Below, one piece after another: positions 50,274 through 61,039 of a stretch of 64,000 nt of DNA. How positions within the stretch are numbered: the stretch's first letter is position 1; each line of letters begins with the position of its first letter. The notes under the pieces were generated by a model. The model was given only the letters and a program-made list of their open reading frames with translations, was not told the DNA's origin and made no database searches. Source of the stretch: Candidatus Hodarchaeota archaeon (GTDB lineage Archaea > Asgardarchaeota > Lokiarchaeia > Sigyniarchaeales > SOKP01). The translations under genes were made by a program, and so were the position numbers. Location of the stretch: positions 71,532 through 135,531 of the forward strand of contig JBHLKM010000002.1 of the NCBI GenBank assembly GCA_048886685.1, written 5' to 3'.

Positions 50274-51524
50274 ATGATGGATTTAAGTACCAAATCTGTT
50301 TTAGTTGTAGGATTTAATACACGTCCTTTAGCTTACTCTTTAAAGAATGCTAATTATGATGTATATGCAGTAGATTTTTTTGGAGACATTGACCTTTATC
50401 CAAACATTAAAGATAGTTTGGTTCTAACAAAAGAGTTAGAGACAGATTATGAATCAATTAGGGATAATTATAGCAAGTTACTCTCTAATTTTACGATAAA
50501 AATGTTGAAAAAATATCCCGAAATAGATTATTTAATCATAGGGAGTGGAATAGACGATGCCTATGAAGAAAGAGAAGCGATTTTTAATGAAATAAAAAAC
50601 AAAGATTACAAAATAAAGAATTTAAATAACGATGTTAAAACTCTAAAAAAGGCACGAGACATCATTTTTATTTATAATCTCTTAAAATCAAACCAATTTA
50701 ATGTTCCTTTTACCATTAATTACGATAATCTAAGATCATATAAGAGAAAACTTCAATTTCCAATCATATTTAAGAAATATAAAAGTGCTGGTGGCATAAA
50801 CGTTTTCAAAATCGAAAATTTTGAAGAACTCACCACATTAATTAAATATTTAGAAGTAAAGAAGTTCAATTCATCTGAATGGTTAATCCAAGAATACGTA
50901 GATGGAATGCCTATCAGTTGTACAACTATTTCGAATGGTAATGAATGTGAAATTATTTCAATTAATCGCCAAATTATAGGAGAACAATTTCTAAACTCCC
51001 CCAAAGAATTCATGTATTGCGGTAATATCGTGCCTGCTGATTTAAGTAAGGAAGAGGATGAACTAATTACAAAGATATCTAAAACTTTAGCTAATGAATT
51101 AGGTTTAAAGGGTATTAATGGTTTTGATTTTGTGTTAAAAGAACATTATCCATATTTAATGGAGATTAATCCGAGAATACCTGGTTCTATAAGAGCATCT
51201 GAAATGAGTTATGATATAAATCTCATGGATTTACATATAAAGAGTTTTGATTTGGATAAATGGGATCTCATTCAACAATTAATACGTTCTAAAAAATTAA
51301 GTGGATTTTCAACTAAATTAATTATATTTGCTCCAAAAGAAATAAAGAAAAGCCATATCTCTAAAATAAACAATCTTGAATACGTTCATGATAAAAGTAC
51401 ACCAAATAAGAATACCCTGAAAGGTGAACCTCTATGCACCATTTTATATAAAGGAGGAGATTTATCAGAGTCTTATAAAGGAGCGATAGATATTGTGAAT
51501 AAAATTAATAATATTATTAATTAA
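50274..51524 (+). CDS. ATP-grasp carboligase of the archaeal/methylotroph H4MPT-linked type
   Basis: VGFNTRPLA, AVDFFGDID, GSG, SAGG, QEYVDG, YCGNI, GINGFDF, EINPRIPGS. Confidence 0.8.
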   Translation: MMDLSTKSVLVVGFNTRPLAYSLKNANYDVYAVDFFGDIDLYPNIKDSLVLTKELETDYESIRDNYSKLLSNFTIKMLKKYPEIDYLIIGSGIDDAYEEREAIFNEIKNKDYKIKNLNNDVKTLKKARDIIFIYNLLKSNQFNVPFTINYDNLRSYKRKLQFPIIFKKYKSAGGINVFKIENFEELTTLIKYLEVKKFNSSEWLIQEYVDGMPISCTTISNGNECEIISINRQIIGEQFLNSPKEFMYCGNIVPADLSKEEDELITKISKTLANELGLKGINGFDFVLKEHYPYLMEINPRIPGSIRASEMSYDINLMDLHIKSFDLDKWDLIQQLIRSKKLSGFSTKLIIFAPKEIKKSHISKINNLEYVHDKSTPNKNTLKGEPLCTILYKGGDLSESYKGAIDIVNKINNIIN

Positions 51525-51539
51525 TGGCTTTTATTTTTT

Positions 51540-52277
51540 CTACTGAATTATCGCTTTAATTTTGGCAATATAGGAACCTATTTTCCTTCCATCTGCCTCA
51601 GGAACTGCAAGTGCTAGAATTCGATTCTCGTCTAAATCATGAATAATAACAGATCCATTTTCTCCCCCAATAATAGAATATTCCATACTACTTTCTAATA
51701 AAACACCAGATAAATTATACAGAGCTGCTACCATTGCCGAAAGAATTGGTTCAGGCATAGTTGATTGTATTTTTATAGGTAGCCCATCTTTAGTAATAAT
51801 CGCTAGTACCAGTGTATTGGGAATTGCTCTTTTCAATCCCTTGAATATTTCTTCCTTTAAGATATCAGAAGTTTCTATTATTGCTGAAATTTGTAATGCT
51901 AATTTTTGTAATTTACTAATGTGTGAATCCAATCCTTCTAGTTCTGCAATTTCTCGATTTAAATAAGCTATCATAGTTATATTGTCAGTCAAGATAGAGA
52001 GCACTATTCGGTCCTTTCCTGTAATTAAATTATATGCGACTTCTTGATTTAAAGAGTCTTTCAACATCTTAGATGATAGGAATACGAGGCTACTATTGGC
52101 AGCTGTAATCTCACCCATAGTCATTTCAATCGATTTCTTAAACCTATTGGCAATCTTCGTACCTTCTGGTGTCCCTACATTAATTCCTAATATAGCAGAA
52201 GTAGATTCAAGCTCCTTCTCTATTAGTGTGGAAACATCAGATTCTACTTCCTCAATAATTTTATCTTGGTCTTCCAT
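51540..52277 (-). CDS. Tandem roadblock/LAMTOR-like domain protein
   Basis: Two roadblock-like units: GINVGTPEG..IA and LAIITKDGLPI...LSAMVAAL...IIGGENGSVII. Confidence 0.75.
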   Translation of the reverse strand: MEDQDKIIEEVESDVSTLIEKELESTSAILGINVGTPEGTKIANRFKKSIEMTMGEITAANSSLVFLSSKMLKDSLNQEVAYNLITGKDRIVLSILTDNITMIAYLNREIAELEGLDSHISKLQKLALQISAIIETSDILKEEIFKGLKRAIPNTLVLAIITKDGLPIKIQSTMPEPILSAMVAALYNLSGVLLESSMEYSIIGGENGSVIIHDLDENRILALAVPEADGRKIGSYIAKIKAIIQ

Positions 52278-52345
52278 GAATGAATATTGTACAACTGTAA
52301 ATAAAAAGATAGTCTAATAATTAAGTAATAATATCTAGAATCTAT

Positions 52346-53461
52346 ATGAAACAAAAATCAAATTTCTACATTATTATATTAGCTGCTGGGTATGCAACAA
52401 GATTAAGACCCCTCTCCACCAAAATCCCAAAACCATTAATAGATATTAACGGTAAAACCCTCATTTCTAGAATTATAGATAATTTTAAAGAGGCTGGATT
52501 TAATAAATTTTGTGTTATTGTTGGGTACAAAAAAGAACTTGTTAAGGAGGAAATTTTAAAAAATAAAGATTTGGAAATTATTATTCTAGAGCAAGAAGAA
52601 CCTAAAGGAATGGCTGATGCCATAGCTTTCGCTATTAATTTTTTATCTCAAAATAAGGAAGGAATCAGAAGTTTTTTCATATCTGCTGCTGATATCATAT
52701 TCCCAAAGGAAGAAATATTGAAAATGTATAACCTATATAGCTACACAGACATAGTTTTAAGCTTAATGAAATCAAATGACAGAGAGATAGCAAAGGTACA
52801 CGGAAACGTAAAATTATCAGATGTTTCAGGTTTAAATAAAGATTTAGACCAAAATATTGGGGTAGAGATAATTGATATTATTGAGAAACCAAAACCATAC
52901 CAAATTTTAAGTGAATTTTATTCATTACCATTATATCTTGTAAGTCAAAAAATCAGAAATGTTATTGATTACTTGAAAGTCTCAGAACGCGGCGAGAAGG
53001 AATTTCAAGATGTTTTAAAAAATGCAATACACCGAGGGATGAGTATTAAAGGTATACGAATAATTGACCAAATTATTACTTCTAAGAATATAGGAAAATT
53101 TCATTTAACAACTTTAAAAGACATTATTATAATGAATAAAAAATTCTTATCTGGATTAACCTTAGAAGAATTTAAAGGCAATTTTCCCAAGTTCTTGGAG
53201 CCAGTGAAGATAAAATCGGACATAAGATTTGGAGATAATGTAATTTTGGGTCCTTATACAATAATTGGGAGGTCATGTGAAATTGGGGGTGATTGTACAT
53301 TATCTAATGTTATTGTATACGATAAAGTTAAAATAGGGAAATTTTGTAAATTAGATTGGTGTATTATTGATGAGGGAGTAACTTTATCTGATAATTTTCA
53401 AGCAAAAGAATGTTTTATAACATGCAGTAATGAAAAAGATATAGAAATTATAAATTTTTAA
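52346..53461 (+). CDS. Sugar-phosphate nucleotidyltransferase with left-handed beta-helix tail
   Basis: ILAAGYATRLRPL..PKPL, QEEPKGMADA, EKP, SERGEKE, hexapeptide repeats. Confidence 0.88.
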   Translation: MKQKSNFYIIILAAGYATRLRPLSTKIPKPLIDINGKTLISRIIDNFKEAGFNKFCVIVGYKKELVKEEILKNKDLEIIILEQEEPKGMADAIAFAINFLSQNKEGIRSFFISAADIIFPKEEILKMYNLYSYTDIVLSLMKSNDREIAKVHGNVKLSDVSGLNKDLDQNIGVEIIDIIEKPKPYQILSEFYSLPLYLVSQKIRNVIDYLKVSERGEKEFQDVLKNAIHRGMSIKGIRIIDQIITSKNIGKFHLTTLKDIIIMNKKFLSGLTLEEFKGNFPKFLEPVKIKSDIRFGDNVILGPYTIIGRSCEIGGDCTLSNVIVYDKVKIGKFCKLDWCIIDEGVTLSDNFQAKECFITCSNEKDIEIINF

Positions 53462-53514
53462 ACATTACTTATTATACTAAATATTATAAATAAGAATTAT
53501 TGTGATTTTCGTAT

Positions 53515-54318
53515 ATGGATGAGTACGAATTAAAAAAGCTTTTGGATACAAAAGAAAATCTTTTACGCTTAAAAGATGAACAATTACAAACTATGGAAAA
53601 TTCTTTAAATTTAAAGGATGAACAAATAAATACTTTAAAGAATTCATTGAAGATTAAAGATGAAAAAGCTTTAACGCTAGAAAAAACGATTGAGCTTAAA
53701 GATGAAGAAATCAGAAAATTAAATGCAACTTCAATAGATCCAAGTGCTCTAAATGAGAAAGATGAGAAAATTGAGCAACTTGAAAAGGAACTAGAAATAC
53801 TTAATAATGAATTAGCTAAGGCGGATGAAGAATTGGAGAGTTTAGAACTTGAAAATGAGAAATTAAGAAAGGCTGATTCTAGTTCTGCAGATGGAATTAT
53901 CGATTTTACAAATGTGCAAATCACTAAATCTGAAATTCTTGAAAAAATGAGAGAAGTATTACTAAATAATGCAATGGCTAATGTAACGATAATTGTTCCT
54001 AGTATTGAAGATTTACAAGAACTTTATTTGTATGAACTTCGATCATCTGTTGCTATGAATATTGCCTGCTCAATTAATCCTGGAATTGATGAACACTCTG
54101 AGTTGCTTCAGGAATTCGAGTCATTAGATAATATTTCAATCAAAAATTATGAACACGGAGATAGATACGGTGTAATTCGAGATGGAGAAGAATTACTTAT
54201 TGCAGTTATAGGAAGATCGGAAAATAATCATTTGGTGTTCCATACCAAAGACCCGAAGCATATTCGTTTATTAAATTCCTTAATAACAGAATCTTGGATC
54301 CGAAGCAGGAAAGTATAG
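53515..54318 (+). CDS. Coiled-coil protein with C-terminal TrmB/PLD-like alpha/beta domain
   Basis: N-terminal heptads; C-terminal AMANVTIIVP...IRDGEELLIA...ESW. Confidence 0.65.
   Translation: MDEYELKKLLDTKENLLRLKDEQLQTMENSLNLKDEQINTLKNSLKIKDEKALTLEKTIELKDEEIRKLNATSIDPSALNEKDEKIEQLEKELEILNNELAKADEELESLELENEKLRKADSSSADGIIDFTNVQITKSEILEKMREVLLNNAMANVTIIVPSIEDLQELYLYELRSSVAMNIACSINPGIDEHSELLQEFESLDNISIKNYEHGDRYGVIRDGEELLIAVIGRSENNHLVFHTKDPKHIRLLNSLITESWIRSRKV
53563..53724 (+). repeat. Four imperfect 14-aa (42-bp) coding tandem repeats (L/I)KDE
   Basis: LKDEQ, LKDEQ, IKDEK, LKDEE at exact 14-residue spacing. Confidence 0.7.
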
Positions 54319-54346
54319 TTATTTCATCTTAATCGTATTGTCCCTT

Positions 54347-55063
54347 CTAAAAGACAGGGCATTCTTCTTTTTCACACTTATCATTTAATTCTGAAAATCT
54401 ACATTTTCTATATGCATATTTCAGTTCAATATTAAAATTTTCTTTTAAGAAATCTAATGATTCACAAATAGAGAGTTTCACCGATCGCTTACAGCAATGT
54501 TCTAAATTATCAGCTATTTTAGCTAATGATCTCGATGTCATTTGATTAGCCAATGTTCTCGGCCCATCTGTAGAAGGCGTTGCTCCTGTGAAGATACTGA
54601 TTGCAACTCCAGATCCCATACCTGCACCACATGATCCATAAAAACCACACCATCCTCCTGGAATCTTTGATGCCCTTCTGATTGCTTCCTTAATATCAAA
54701 TAAAGATATCTCTTCCCCATTAGGTTTTTTGACTCCATTATTCTTAAGTGATGTTAAAATAACTGAAGGTGTTATTACATGGTGTTCAGGACCATACATT
54801 TTAAAATTGGGATGTTTCATTATTAAATCTACTAATTCAAAGGGATCTTTTATATCTGTTTCTTCACAAATCTTTTCAATAATCTCAATTGGACCTTTTA
54901 TATGACAATCATCGCAAATATAATGTCCATCTTCACAATAAACATTAGTGTTAAACTCTTTTTCACAAAATTCGCAATTAAATTTATTGAAATCTTCCAA
55001 TTTTGTCGCGTAGACTAAAACTTTTCCACAAATTTCGCATTTATCGCCTTTTTTTTTTCTCAT
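54347..55063 (-). CDS. DUF5714-like Cys-rich metal-binding protein
   Basis: CEICG, CEFC, CEDGHYICDDCH, GPEHH, PGGWCGFYGSCGA, CCKR. Confidence 0.75.
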   Translation of the reverse strand: MRKKKGDKCEICGKVLVYATKLEDFNKFNCEFCEKEFNTNVYCEDGHYICDDCHIKGPIEIIEKICEETDIKDPFELVDLIMKHPNFKMYGPEHHVITPSVILTSLKNNGVKKPNGEEISLFDIKEAIRRASKIPGGWCGFYGSCGAGMGSGVAISIFTGATPSTDGPRTLANQMTSRSLAKIADNLEHCCKRSVKLSICESLDFLKENFNIELKYAYRKCRFSELNDKCEKEECPVF

Positions 55064-55083
55064 CTTTAATTAAAACTACTAAG

Positions 55084-55938
55084 TTATTCAATTTCGATAA
55101 AATTCCTTTTCCTTCTAGTATAATGTGCTAATTTATTATATCCTATTTTTTTTAACATTTTTATAGTTTTTTTAAAGTTCCATCCAACATCTCCAGGTTT
55201 ATGAGCATCTGATCCCAATAAAACAGGTATATCGAGAGAATACATCTCCCTTATAATTTCTTCGCTCGGATATTGTTCTTTACAATCTTTTCTCAATCCA
55301 CCAGTGTTAATTTCCATTGTAAAATCTCTATTTTTAACTTGTTCAAGAGTTTTCATCATCTCATTATAAACTACTTCTTTATCAGTAGGAATATCATTGA
55401 ACTTCTTTGGTAGATCAAAATGAGCTAGAATATCAAAATCAAATTTCTCGGATTTTACCATTTTCTGTAAAGATTGGTAGTAGAACATATAAACTTTATC
55501 AACACCATAGTATTCATAGTCATTTCTAAACCGGGAATCATCAAAGCCCCAAGCGCCCTTTCCATTAAAAAAGTTTAAAATGTGGATTGATCCTAAGATA
55601 AAATCTAATCTTTTTTTAATAGGTGTCAGGTGGGTATTTAATGCACTTTCTTGATTTTTAAAATAATCTATTTCAAACCCGATCCTGATGATAATATCTT
55701 CTTCATGTTTCTCTCTTAAATTTTCTGAAGTTGTCAAATATTTTTCAATTTCAGGCAATGTTATTGCGTATTCTTCATAAGGAATTCTTTCAATATCTTC
55801 TAAAAATTCATAAGGAAAATGATCACTCAACCCTATTGTTCTTAATTTGAATTTTATGGCAGCATTGACATATTCCTCGATTTTTCCTTTCGCATGTTTG
55901 CACCCCTCATTGTGAGTGTGCCAGTCTTCATATACCAT
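55084..55938 (-). CDS. Histidinol-phosphatase, HisJ/PHP family
   Basis: DWHTH, CKHA, SDH, GFEID, GSIH, AHFD, EINTGG, GSDAH. Confidence 0.88.
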   Translation of the reverse strand: MVYEDWHTHNEGCKHAKGKIEEYVNAAIKFKLRTIGLSDHFPYEFLEDIERIPYEEYAITLPEIEKYLTTSENLREKHEEDIIIRIGFEIDYFKNQESALNTHLTPIKKRLDFILGSIHILNFFNGKGAWGFDDSRFRNDYEYYGVDKVYMFYYQSLQKMVKSEKFDFDILAHFDLPKKFNDIPTDKEVVYNEMMKTLEQVKNRDFTMEINTGGLRKDCKEQYPSEEIIREMYSLDIPVLLGSDAHKPGDVGWNFKKTIKMLKKIGYNKLAHYTRRKRNFIEIE

Positions 55939-55990
55939 TAAATAAAAATAATAATCAAATTAAGATAAAAATAATGATTTAAGCAAAATT

Positions 55991-56776
55991 TTAAAATTTA
56001 ATGCTTTTGAAAACTGTTTGCCAACAATATCCCTTTAAAATTTGGATTCTAGTTAAGGGTGCTTCTATAATGTTAAGGAATTTATATAGCGCTTTGAAAA
56101 GCGTAGTGTTTTTCACAAAATCTCTAAAAAACATTGCAAGAGGGGAGATAAGAAAGTATTCTTTATGTTCAATATTCCCAAAAACTGATTTTACTAATAG
56201 AACATTCGATATATACAAGGGGTGTTCATGAATTGTTCTTTTTTGAGGTGCAAAGAATTTTCTATTTAATTCTACGATTATATTTTTTTTAAGTGGTTCA
56301 ATAAAAGCAATATATCCCTTCCTTTTTAACAATCTTTTACATTCTTTGAAAAATAACTCAATATTAGGTAAATGGTGTACTATTCTAGAACCTACAATTA
56401 TATCAAACGACTCATCTTCAAAATCTGGGATCTGAGCATTCATTTCTTTGAATTCGATTGTTAATTTTTCTTTTTGAGCTTCCTTCTTACATAATTCGAT
56501 TAAATTCTTAGAGAGATCTATTCCTATAACATCCGCACCTTTTTTAGCTAAATAAAATGAGAGTGAGCCTATTCCACATCCAACATCTAAGATTTTTTTA
56601 TTTTTAACATTACCGATAAAATCTTTAAATTTTAAATTTGCCTTTCGAAAGAAGCTTTCGCTCTCTAAATCAAATTCAAACCCACTACTAATGACATTTT
56701 TAGCATAATATTTTTTTTCGTCGTTAAAAATATGTCTGTATTTTGCTAATAATTTCTCACGTTCTTCTAGATTCAT
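55991..56776 (-). CDS. Class I SAM-dependent methyltransferase
   Basis: ILDVGCGIG, GIDLS, FDII, HHL, IEP. Confidence 0.88.
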   Translation of the reverse strand: MNLEEREKLLAKYRHIFNDEKKYYAKNVISSGFEFDLESESFFRKANLKFKDFIGNVKNKKILDVGCGIGSLSFYLAKKGADVIGIDLSKNLIELCKKEAQKEKLTIEFKEMNAQIPDFEDESFDIIVGSRIVHHLPNIELFFKECKRLLKRKGYIAFIEPLKKNIIVELNRKFFAPQKRTIHEHPLYISNVLLVKSVFGNIEHKEYFLISPLAMFFRDFVKNTTLFKALYKFLNIIEAPLTRIQILKGYCWQTVFKSIKF

Positions 56777-56922
56777 TAGTATTTCGTATCAATGTTATTA
56801 TTTTTGTGTATATGAATTTATTATATTATTATCTCGTTTTTAATGAGTAATTTACTTATTAAATATGGTTAAAGATTAAATAAGATTTATATAATTTAAA
56901 AAGAAAAGCATTATTAAGTGAT

Positions 56923-58659
56923 TTGAAGACCCCAGAAGAAATCTATAAAGAAATTTTAAACGATAAAATAAGTCTTGAAAAAGGCATTCAATTATTACTT
57001 TACTCCTACCAAGAGAGTGAAAAAGAAAATACATTAATTGATTTTAAAAGCACTTTAAATAATATTAGCATCAGATTTGAAGAGACGTTTAATATTGTCT
57101 CTAGTATTTTGCGAAATAATAAAAATCCAAAAACAACATTATCAATAGCGAAAATAGTCCTTATAAATTTTCCAGAAAAATGTGAAATTCTCTTAAGAGA
57201 TCAAATACGAAAAGAATCTTCTGTAATATTTCTAACGCAATTTTTAAGATTCTTAACCACTCAAACCACTGAAACATCTAAAAATTTAAGGAATTATATA
57301 ATTAAAAAATATAAAACTATCTATAATATTAATTTAAAAGAATGTGAGTTTTTAATAGATTTAGAAGCTACTCAAATCAATGTCGCAAAAGGACTCGATA
57401 TTAACGCTGGCTATTTTAAAAAATTTGAGACAGATAATATAGATATATTCAAAAAGAACTCTCATTTTAATTATTTTGTAAGAGGTTATCATATTCGGGC
57501 ATTAGATCTTAGTCGTTGGGAGTTTAATGAAATCCCCGAATCAATCAGATTTTTATCAGAATTAGAATATCTAAATTTGTCAAATTTAAGGCTAAAATCT
57601 TTACCTGATTCTATAGAAGATTTATCAAATCTTAAATACCTTAGCTTAAATGGGAATAGTATTGTTAAATCCCCTAATTGGCTTTTTGAATTTTCAAGTA
57701 AACAAAATTCTAAGAAATATTTAAAAGAAGGGGTTATCTCCTCTGATATCAACGCTTTAGCCTTGTTAGAAGTATTCTTAGGTGAGAAATTAGATAAAGT
57801 AGAACAAAATATTGATGTTATCCAATGGGATACAGCCCTAAATTATAAAATAAATGATCTTGGAAATATTATCGGTATATATATCAAAAGTGAAAGCTCT
57901 AAAATTGGCATATTTCCAGAGCAAATTTGCGACCTTAAGTTTCTTGAAGAATTAGAGTTACCCGGCTCTTCCATTAAGTTCCTTCCTAAATGTATAGGAA
58001 ATTTGAGGTCTCTTAGATATTTAAATTTATACTCTAATCGACTTAAATCTGTTCCTATAACAATAATTAATCTGAGAAATCTAGAATATCTTGATCTTGA
58101 TGATAATGATATTTCTGAAAATTCCTTATTAAATTTAAGATGGTATAAAATTGGGCAAAATTATCTAGAAAACGGTGAATTTAAGAATGCGATAATTGAA
58201 TGTGAAGAAACCTTGAAATTTTATCCTAAAAATAAATATGCTTGGTATCATCTTGGTGTTGCTTATATAGAACAAGAAAGATATGATGAAGCAGAAAGTG
58301 CTTTTCAAGCTTTTCTAAAAATTGATGAATCTAATTCATTAGTATGGAGTAATTTAAGTGATGTATACCATGAGAAAGGAGAATACGATAAAGCTATCGA
58401 GGCAATTCAACATGCTATTGATATTGAACCTAATGAAGCTGTTTTGTTTAGCAATCTTGCATTCAACTTCAAAAAATTAGGAAAATATGATGATGCTATT
58501 GAAGCATATTTACAATCTATTGAAATTGATCCGAATAATATATATGTTTGGAGAGATCTTGCATTAATCTATAGAGATAAAGGTGAAATCATGAAAGCAA
58601 TTGATGCCAATGAGCATGCGTTAAAACTCGAACTCAATTCTAATTTGAATAAAAAATAG
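56923..58659 (+). CDS. Leucine-rich repeat plus TPR protein
   Basis: LRRs (LEYLNLSNLRLKSLPDSI, LRYLNLYSNRLKSVP) then about 5 TPRs (AWYHLG, VWSNLS, YDKAIEAI...P). Confidence 0.88.
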   Translation: MKTPEEIYKEILNDKISLEKGIQLLLYSYQESEKENTLIDFKSTLNNISIRFEETFNIVSSILRNNKNPKTTLSIAKIVLINFPEKCEILLRDQIRKESSVIFLTQFLRFLTTQTTETSKNLRNYIIKKYKTIYNINLKECEFLIDLEATQINVAKGLDINAGYFKKFETDNIDIFKKNSHFNYFVRGYHIRALDLSRWEFNEIPESIRFLSELEYLNLSNLRLKSLPDSIEDLSNLKYLSLNGNSIVKSPNWLFEFSSKQNSKKYLKEGVISSDINALALLEVFLGEKLDKVEQNIDVIQWDTALNYKINDLGNIIGIYIKSESSKIGIFPEQICDLKFLEELELPGSSIKFLPKCIGNLRSLRYLNLYSNRLKSVPITIINLRNLEYLDLDDNDISENSLLNLRWYKIGQNYLENGEFKNAIIECEETLKFYPKNKYAWYHLGVAYIEQERYDEAESAFQAFLKIDESNSLVWSNLSDVYHEKGEYDKAIEAIQHAIDIEPNEAVLFSNLAFNFKKLGKYDDAIEAYLQSIEIDPNNIYVWRDLALIYRDKGEIMKAIDANEHALKLELNSNLNKK

Positions 58660-58681
58660 AAGGAGCGAGCTCAAGAATTTT

Positions 58682-59335
58682 TCAATAAGTTTGTTCGATA
58701 TAACTTTCTAAATATCGTTTCACTTCATCTGCGGGTTGATATATACCAAAATGCCCTTCACATAAAATATCAGCATTCAAGTTTAAGAGTTTTTGGAGAG
58801 AATTCTGATAATCAGCAAAATTACTAATTCCTGGAATTATTGGACCATGCACATCTTGACCAAAAAGAATTTTAGTATTATTGATAATTATTAGAATCGA
58901 AATCGATCCTGGAGTATGTCCTGGTGTATGAATACATTCAAAATTATACTGTCCAAGCTTTAATGTTTCGTCTCCTTTAAATCTCTTCGTCAATTTTATA
59001 GGTTTATATTTTACACCGTACCATGAAGCTACTGTTTCTCTACCATGACCTTCTTCTTCTATTGCATCAGCATCCAAGTCATGTGCATAAAATTTGACCT
59101 TTTGATTGAATCGCTTGAGCTCCGAGCAAATAGCTATATGATCGATATGGAAATGAGTGAGAATACAATGTTTGATATCCATGGGACTTAATCCTATATT
59201 TTTTATTCTTTTAATCATCCCCAAACTCATTCCACAATCAATTAAAACAAGTCCATCTTCACTATGAGTATCAACTAGAAAAACCGAACACCCAGAATCT
59301 CCTACATGATATACATGTTTAAAAACTTCTTTCAT
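58682..59335 (-). CDS. Metallo-beta-lactamase-fold hydrolase
   Basis: LIDCG, THFHIDH, HTPGHTPGS, GQD, EGH. Confidence 0.88.
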   Translation of the reverse strand: MKEVFKHVYHVGDSGCSVFLVDTHSEDGLVLIDCGMSLGMIKRIKNIGLSPMDIKHCILTHFHIDHIAICSELKRFNQKVKFYAHDLDADAIEEEGHGRETVASWYGVKYKPIKLTKRFKGDETLKLGQYNFECIHTPGHTPGSISILIIINNTKILFGQDVHGPIIPGISNFADYQNSLQKLLNLNADILCEGHFGIYQPADEVKRYLESYIEQTY

Positions 59336-59365
59336 AATCCATCTAATCCTCTTTGATTATTATTC

Positions 59366-60169
59366 TTATTTAAGATATATTTTTTCATATAATAGAATTG
59401 TAATAACTGAAGCCATTCCCGCTGAAAACAAAACATCTGAAGCAAAGTGGGCACCTACTACAATACGAGATAATCCAACAAAAATAGCCCATCCAAGTAC
59501 CATAAATGTCGTTATGATTTTAACTGGTTTTTTCCATTTTTGGTCTTTAATTAATATCAATAAGGGTAAAAACATAAAACTCATTCCAGTATGTCCTGAA
59601 GGAAATGATCTACCGCTTGAAATCGGTCCTGGGGGTAAGAACCATGGAGTATAATCTGTAAAACCAGGAGCTAAATCCTCGAATCTTATTCTCCCAGTCA
59701 AAACTTTAGTAATTTGAATAAATAGTAAAGGATTCAGGATTGCTAAAATTACAATAATCATCGAGATTTTTCGAAAAGGTTCCCAATCTTTATTAAATGT
59801 GAAGATAACAAATAAAATCAGAGATATTGTTATCGATGCGCCATCGTTTATTAAATCTTGGTTAATATAGATTAATCCTAGCAGAAGGAGAACCAATCCT
59901 ATAAATATAATAATGTATGCAGAAATTTTTTGCTTTTTGATATCATTTTCATAGCTTCCAATTAAAACAGATAAAGAAATCGCTATTAATCCATATCCTG
60001 GTGCTTCACCAAATACTTTGCCAAAAATACCCCATGGTGAAGTTTCATCAACTAATGACTTTGAAATCGCTAAATCTGTAAAACCAAAGATTAATGCTAA
60101 AATAACCCAAATGATTATTACAATAAAGAGTAATATAATGACTTTGGATTCTTTAAATTTCTCAAACAT
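59366..60169 (-). CDS. PAP2-family membrane phosphatase
   Basis: K...GRIR, SFPSGH, SRIVVGAHFASDV. Confidence 0.88.
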   Translation of the reverse strand: MFEKFKESKVIILLFIVIIIWVILALIFGFTDLAISKSLVDETSPWGIFGKVFGEAPGYGLIAISLSVLIGSYENDIKKQKISAYIIIFIGLVLLLLGLIYINQDLINDGASITISLILFVIFTFNKDWEPFRKISMIIVILAILNPLLFIQITKVLTGRIRFEDLAPGFTDYTPWFLPPGPISSGRSFPSGHTGMSFMFLPLLILIKDQKWKKPVKIITTFMVLGWAIFVGLSRIVVGAHFASDVLFSAGMASVITILLYEKIYLK

Positions 60170-60214
60170 CCTTATACCTAAAATTTTTTTTAATAATCCT
60201 AATTATTTATTTTT

Positions 60215-60946
60215 TTATTTATAATAATCTCTTATAAAATTCAAAAGTATATCTGGATAATCGGTATAGACAGCATCTACAATTTCATCATTATATCTCA
60301 ATCTTATGACTCTCTTCATATTTTCTTTTGTATTAATGCCCCATATATAACATTTTAAGCCATTATCTATAATATCTTTAAATATATTTTCAATATTCTT
60401 TTTATATCTTACATTTATCACATCAATATTAAGTTTTCTTAATTTTTCCAGATTTATTGTCTTATCAGAGATTTTATTCACATTCTCCGCCAATGTATAC
60501 ACAAGCTTAGAAAATTTATTCTGTTTCCTTAATAGAGATAACACCAATATTCTTCTATCAGTAATCTCAATATTATCTGAAATATGATAATTATCGGTAA
60601 GGTTTAATAGCTCAATACCAGTTTTTTTATCTGCAATATCAAAACTATACCGTAGTTTATCGGAATCTTGTTTAAAATTCTCATAAACTTCATTTACCAA
60701 AGGAATTTCTCTGTTATCTGTAAATTTAATTGATCTAATCTCCTTTAATGTTAATTTACTCACTATATAAGAGTCAGATCCTATTAAGAAGAATAGATCA
60801 TGGAAACAAATCAATTTATTATCTTTTGTTAATTGTACATCCGCTTCAATTCCAGCACCCATACTTACTGCCTTCTTAAAAGCAGAAATTGTATTTTCAA
60901 TTTCATATGCCGAGGCGCCTCTATGTCCAAAAACATAAGGTTTCAT
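60215..60946 (-). CDS. Glycerophosphodiester phosphodiesterase
   Basis: GHRGA, ENTISAF, EADVQLTKD, FHD, TDYP. Confidence 0.9.
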   Translation of the reverse strand: MKPYVFGHRGASAYEIENTISAFKKAVSMGAGIEADVQLTKDNKLICFHDLFFLIGSDSYIVSKLTLKEIRSIKFTDNREIPLVNEVYENFKQDSDKLRYSFDIADKKTGIELLNLTDNYHISDNIEITDRRILVLSLLRKQNKFSKLVYTLAENVNKISDKTINLEKLRKLNIDVINVRYKKNIENIFKDIIDNGLKCYIWGINTKENMKRVIRLRYNDEIVDAVYTDYPDILLNFIRDYYK

Positions 60947-61039
60947 TGAATAAACGATAGGAATTTTGAATGTGAGATAAAAAAAATAATTTTTATAGAA
61001 ATTTAAATTAAATATATTACTTTATATTTATTCTCAATA

